A DNA stretch of 63,935 bases, filler included, from Globobulimina sp. (Eukaryota): NCBI GenBank assembly GCA_003354225.1. It is 55 parts of 55 records of this genome, joined end to end, with 100 filler letters (N's around TTAATTAATTAA, not from the genome) between each part and the next. Parts side by side here need not be neighbours in the genome. Positions count along the whole stretch, not along the records: positions 61,710 to 62,772 come from PIVH01024487.1; positions 62,873 to 63,935 come from PIVH01024488.1; 53 more parts are not named here. One strand, written 5' to 3'. Positions 62,103 through 63,935 of the stretch are shown in pieces. A program made the translations under genes and the position numbers. The notes beneath the pieces were generated by a model, which ran no database searches, had not been told where the DNA came from, and worked only from the letters and a program-made list of their open reading frames with translations. The stretch's first letter is position 1. Each line of letters starts with the position of its first letter.

Positions 62103-62772
62103 TCAATTCTGATACAAAATGGTTTGTATGGAATGCGGCGGAATATTTATGTGAACAAATCCTTTCCGTCCATCATATATTTCAACATCAGCATCGTTAT
62201 TAGAATGTGTATTCAATAAAACAACCACTGTCTTATCCAAATTCTCCTCATCAATGACTGCTGTAAACCACAAGTCTTTATCTATTTTATCAGCAACAAT
62301 ATGAATACGATACGAATCCCTCAAAATAAATCGTGTAATATGTGCCATGTGATAATACATTGGTTGTTTATAATACTTTTCCTTCTCAAAATCCACAACA
62401 ATCGGTGCATCGCAAGTATTATTCACATGATTTGGGCCACCATCAATATCCAAAATAAAATTCCAATCAATCCAGCCACTTAAACCATTTTGTATATCAC
62501 CAATAATATCCTCTGCATATTGCATTCCTCGCCACCAATCCCCTAAACTGACACCGCGGACCGGCGGCGATTCGATGACAGAAAAACCACTGCACGCTTC
62601 GGTATTGATTAAAAAAATATTCTCGTCCTTCTCCGCATTATACTTCGCTATGAAATCATACGTTTCATGTATTTGCTGGAAAGATCCAGTACAGAGCTCC
62701 TGGGGACATCCGTGCGTCGGCGAGGTGAGCATATACCAATGCATTCCAATGCCATTTATATATTTGGACACT
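62103..62772 (-). CDS. GBA: Glucosylceramidase (GH30), C-terminal part
   Basis: GIGMHWY, INTEAC, WIDWN..LD..GGPNHVNN.CDAPI, KQPMYYHMAH. Confidence 0.93.
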
Positions 62773-63095
62773 NNNNNNNNNNNNNNNNNNNNNNNNNNNN
62801 NNNNNNNNNNNNNNNNTTAATTAATTAANNNNNNNNNNNNNNNNNNNNNNNNNNNNNNNNNNNNNNNNNNNNGAGGCAATAGAGTGAGGACTATTTATTA
62901 ATCCACGCTGCTGGCAAGCAATCCTCTTAGACATAAGTAGACTTTAAATGTAACGGTCTCAAAAAAAACTTAGTTGGCCATAGTCTAATGCACTAACTCT
63001 TATACTGGCTCATTTGAAGTAATTCTGTGAAAACCTTTCAAGTAAAGTATATAATATAACGCATCAAAAAAAATATACAATCAATAAACGTTGGG

Positions 63096-63668
63096 TCATT
63101 GTGGAGGTGCCTGCATCATAGAAAGTAGTCCCAAGTCATCATCGCTACTCGATTGATTATTGTAGCCTTTAGCAATTTTATTATTCTCATCATCAGATCC
63201 CGACGGTTCGTCCACTTCGCCTTTCATATCGTTGACATTTGTATCAATGCCAGTAATCGGTGCTTTTTTATATCGCGATTTGCAATCCTTATATGATCGG
63301 CCTTTAAATTGTGTGTTATTCCAGAAATTCTCATTGTGCTGAAAAGCAATCACTTTCCAGTCCTCATTGTTCATATCCTTAATTTTCAACACATTTATTT
63401 TACTGTAGAGTTTGACGTCTTGTATCAACGAAGATTCTTCATCCACCATCCACTGCGTTGGTGTAGCGCGTTTCTTTTTGCTTTTCTTCTTGTGCTGTTT
63501 GGCGTTTCTTGGCTTTATATTTGTACCCGTATCCATATCAATTTTCATGTCTTGCATGGCATTGTTGTTATTATTATCATTGATGCTATTTTTGCGCGCA
63601 GTTATATCATAATTTGTGTTGCCCATATTATGTAATAATTGTTGTAGCTCACCATTTAGTTTTTGCAT
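63096..63668 (-). CDS. Myb/SANT-like domain protein, 3' part
   Basis: WMVDEESSLI..DWKVIA..GRSYKDCKSRY. Confidence 0.7.
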   Translation of the reverse strand: MQKLNGELQQLLHNMGNTNYDITARKNSINDNNNNNAMQDMKIDMDTGTNIKPRNAKQHKKKSKKKRATPTQWMVDEESSLIQDVKLYSKINVLKIKDMNNEDWKVIAFQHNENFWNNTQFKGRSYKDCKSRYKKAPITGIDTNVNDMKGEVDEPSGSDDENNKIAKGYNNQSSSDDDLGLLSMMQAPPQ

Positions 63669-63935
63669 TGTGGTTATAAATTGCCTTATTTCCTGCGGTT
63701 GGATTGGTGCTTCTATCTCAGATCGAGAGGCTGTTATATATCATACATATTTATATTAGTCTATATTTGTTGGTGTAGATATGGTTTAACTCGATTTAAT
63801 AAACTTTGATATTTTTGAGTGATATTGCTGATGAATGGTCCAATTGGTAAGATATTGCTGTTTTATTTCCTGATATTTACCGATTTGTTTATCAACATTA
63901 TCGAATACATTTTGTGGTTTGGGAATTTTATTTAA

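Overview
This window is not one genomic locus. It is an artificial concatenation of 55 short contigs (1,063-1,066 bp, sorted by length) joined by 54 identical 100-nt linkers (N44-TTAATTAATTAA-N44), so gene neighbourhoods mean something only within a contig. Most contigs are AT-rich fragments of a microbial eukaryote with short (mostly about 60-90 nt) GT-AG introns; the gene families resemble those of rhizarians/foraminifera (inference). Recognisable genes include SHMT, an MSH6-like MutS protein, PrimPol, paladin, CRIPT, a ubiquitin E2, GH30 glucosylceramidase, GMC oxidase, HYKK, a CTL transporter, a CAR-like GPCR and tRNA-Sec. There are also Ty3/Gypsy and non-LTR retroelement fragments and two clearly bacterial contigs. 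The most striking contig (18644-19708) carries a compact, intronless 150-aa Bcl-2 homologue. It is divergently oriented from a TATA-preceded small membrane ORF, and four perfect GC-rich hairpins lie between them; this looks like a regulatory or origin region of an undescribed DNA virus or mobile element. Other oddities are an eIF4A-like pseudo-helicase, intron-bearing or eukaryote-context copies of mainly bacterial domains (DUF3825, ATP-grasp_ST, tail-collar motif), a tRNA-like element with an 8-nt anticodon-loop insertion, in-frame TAA codons at Glu-like positions, and clean internal deletions in conserved genes. All protein assignments come from visual motif recognition; no database searches were run.
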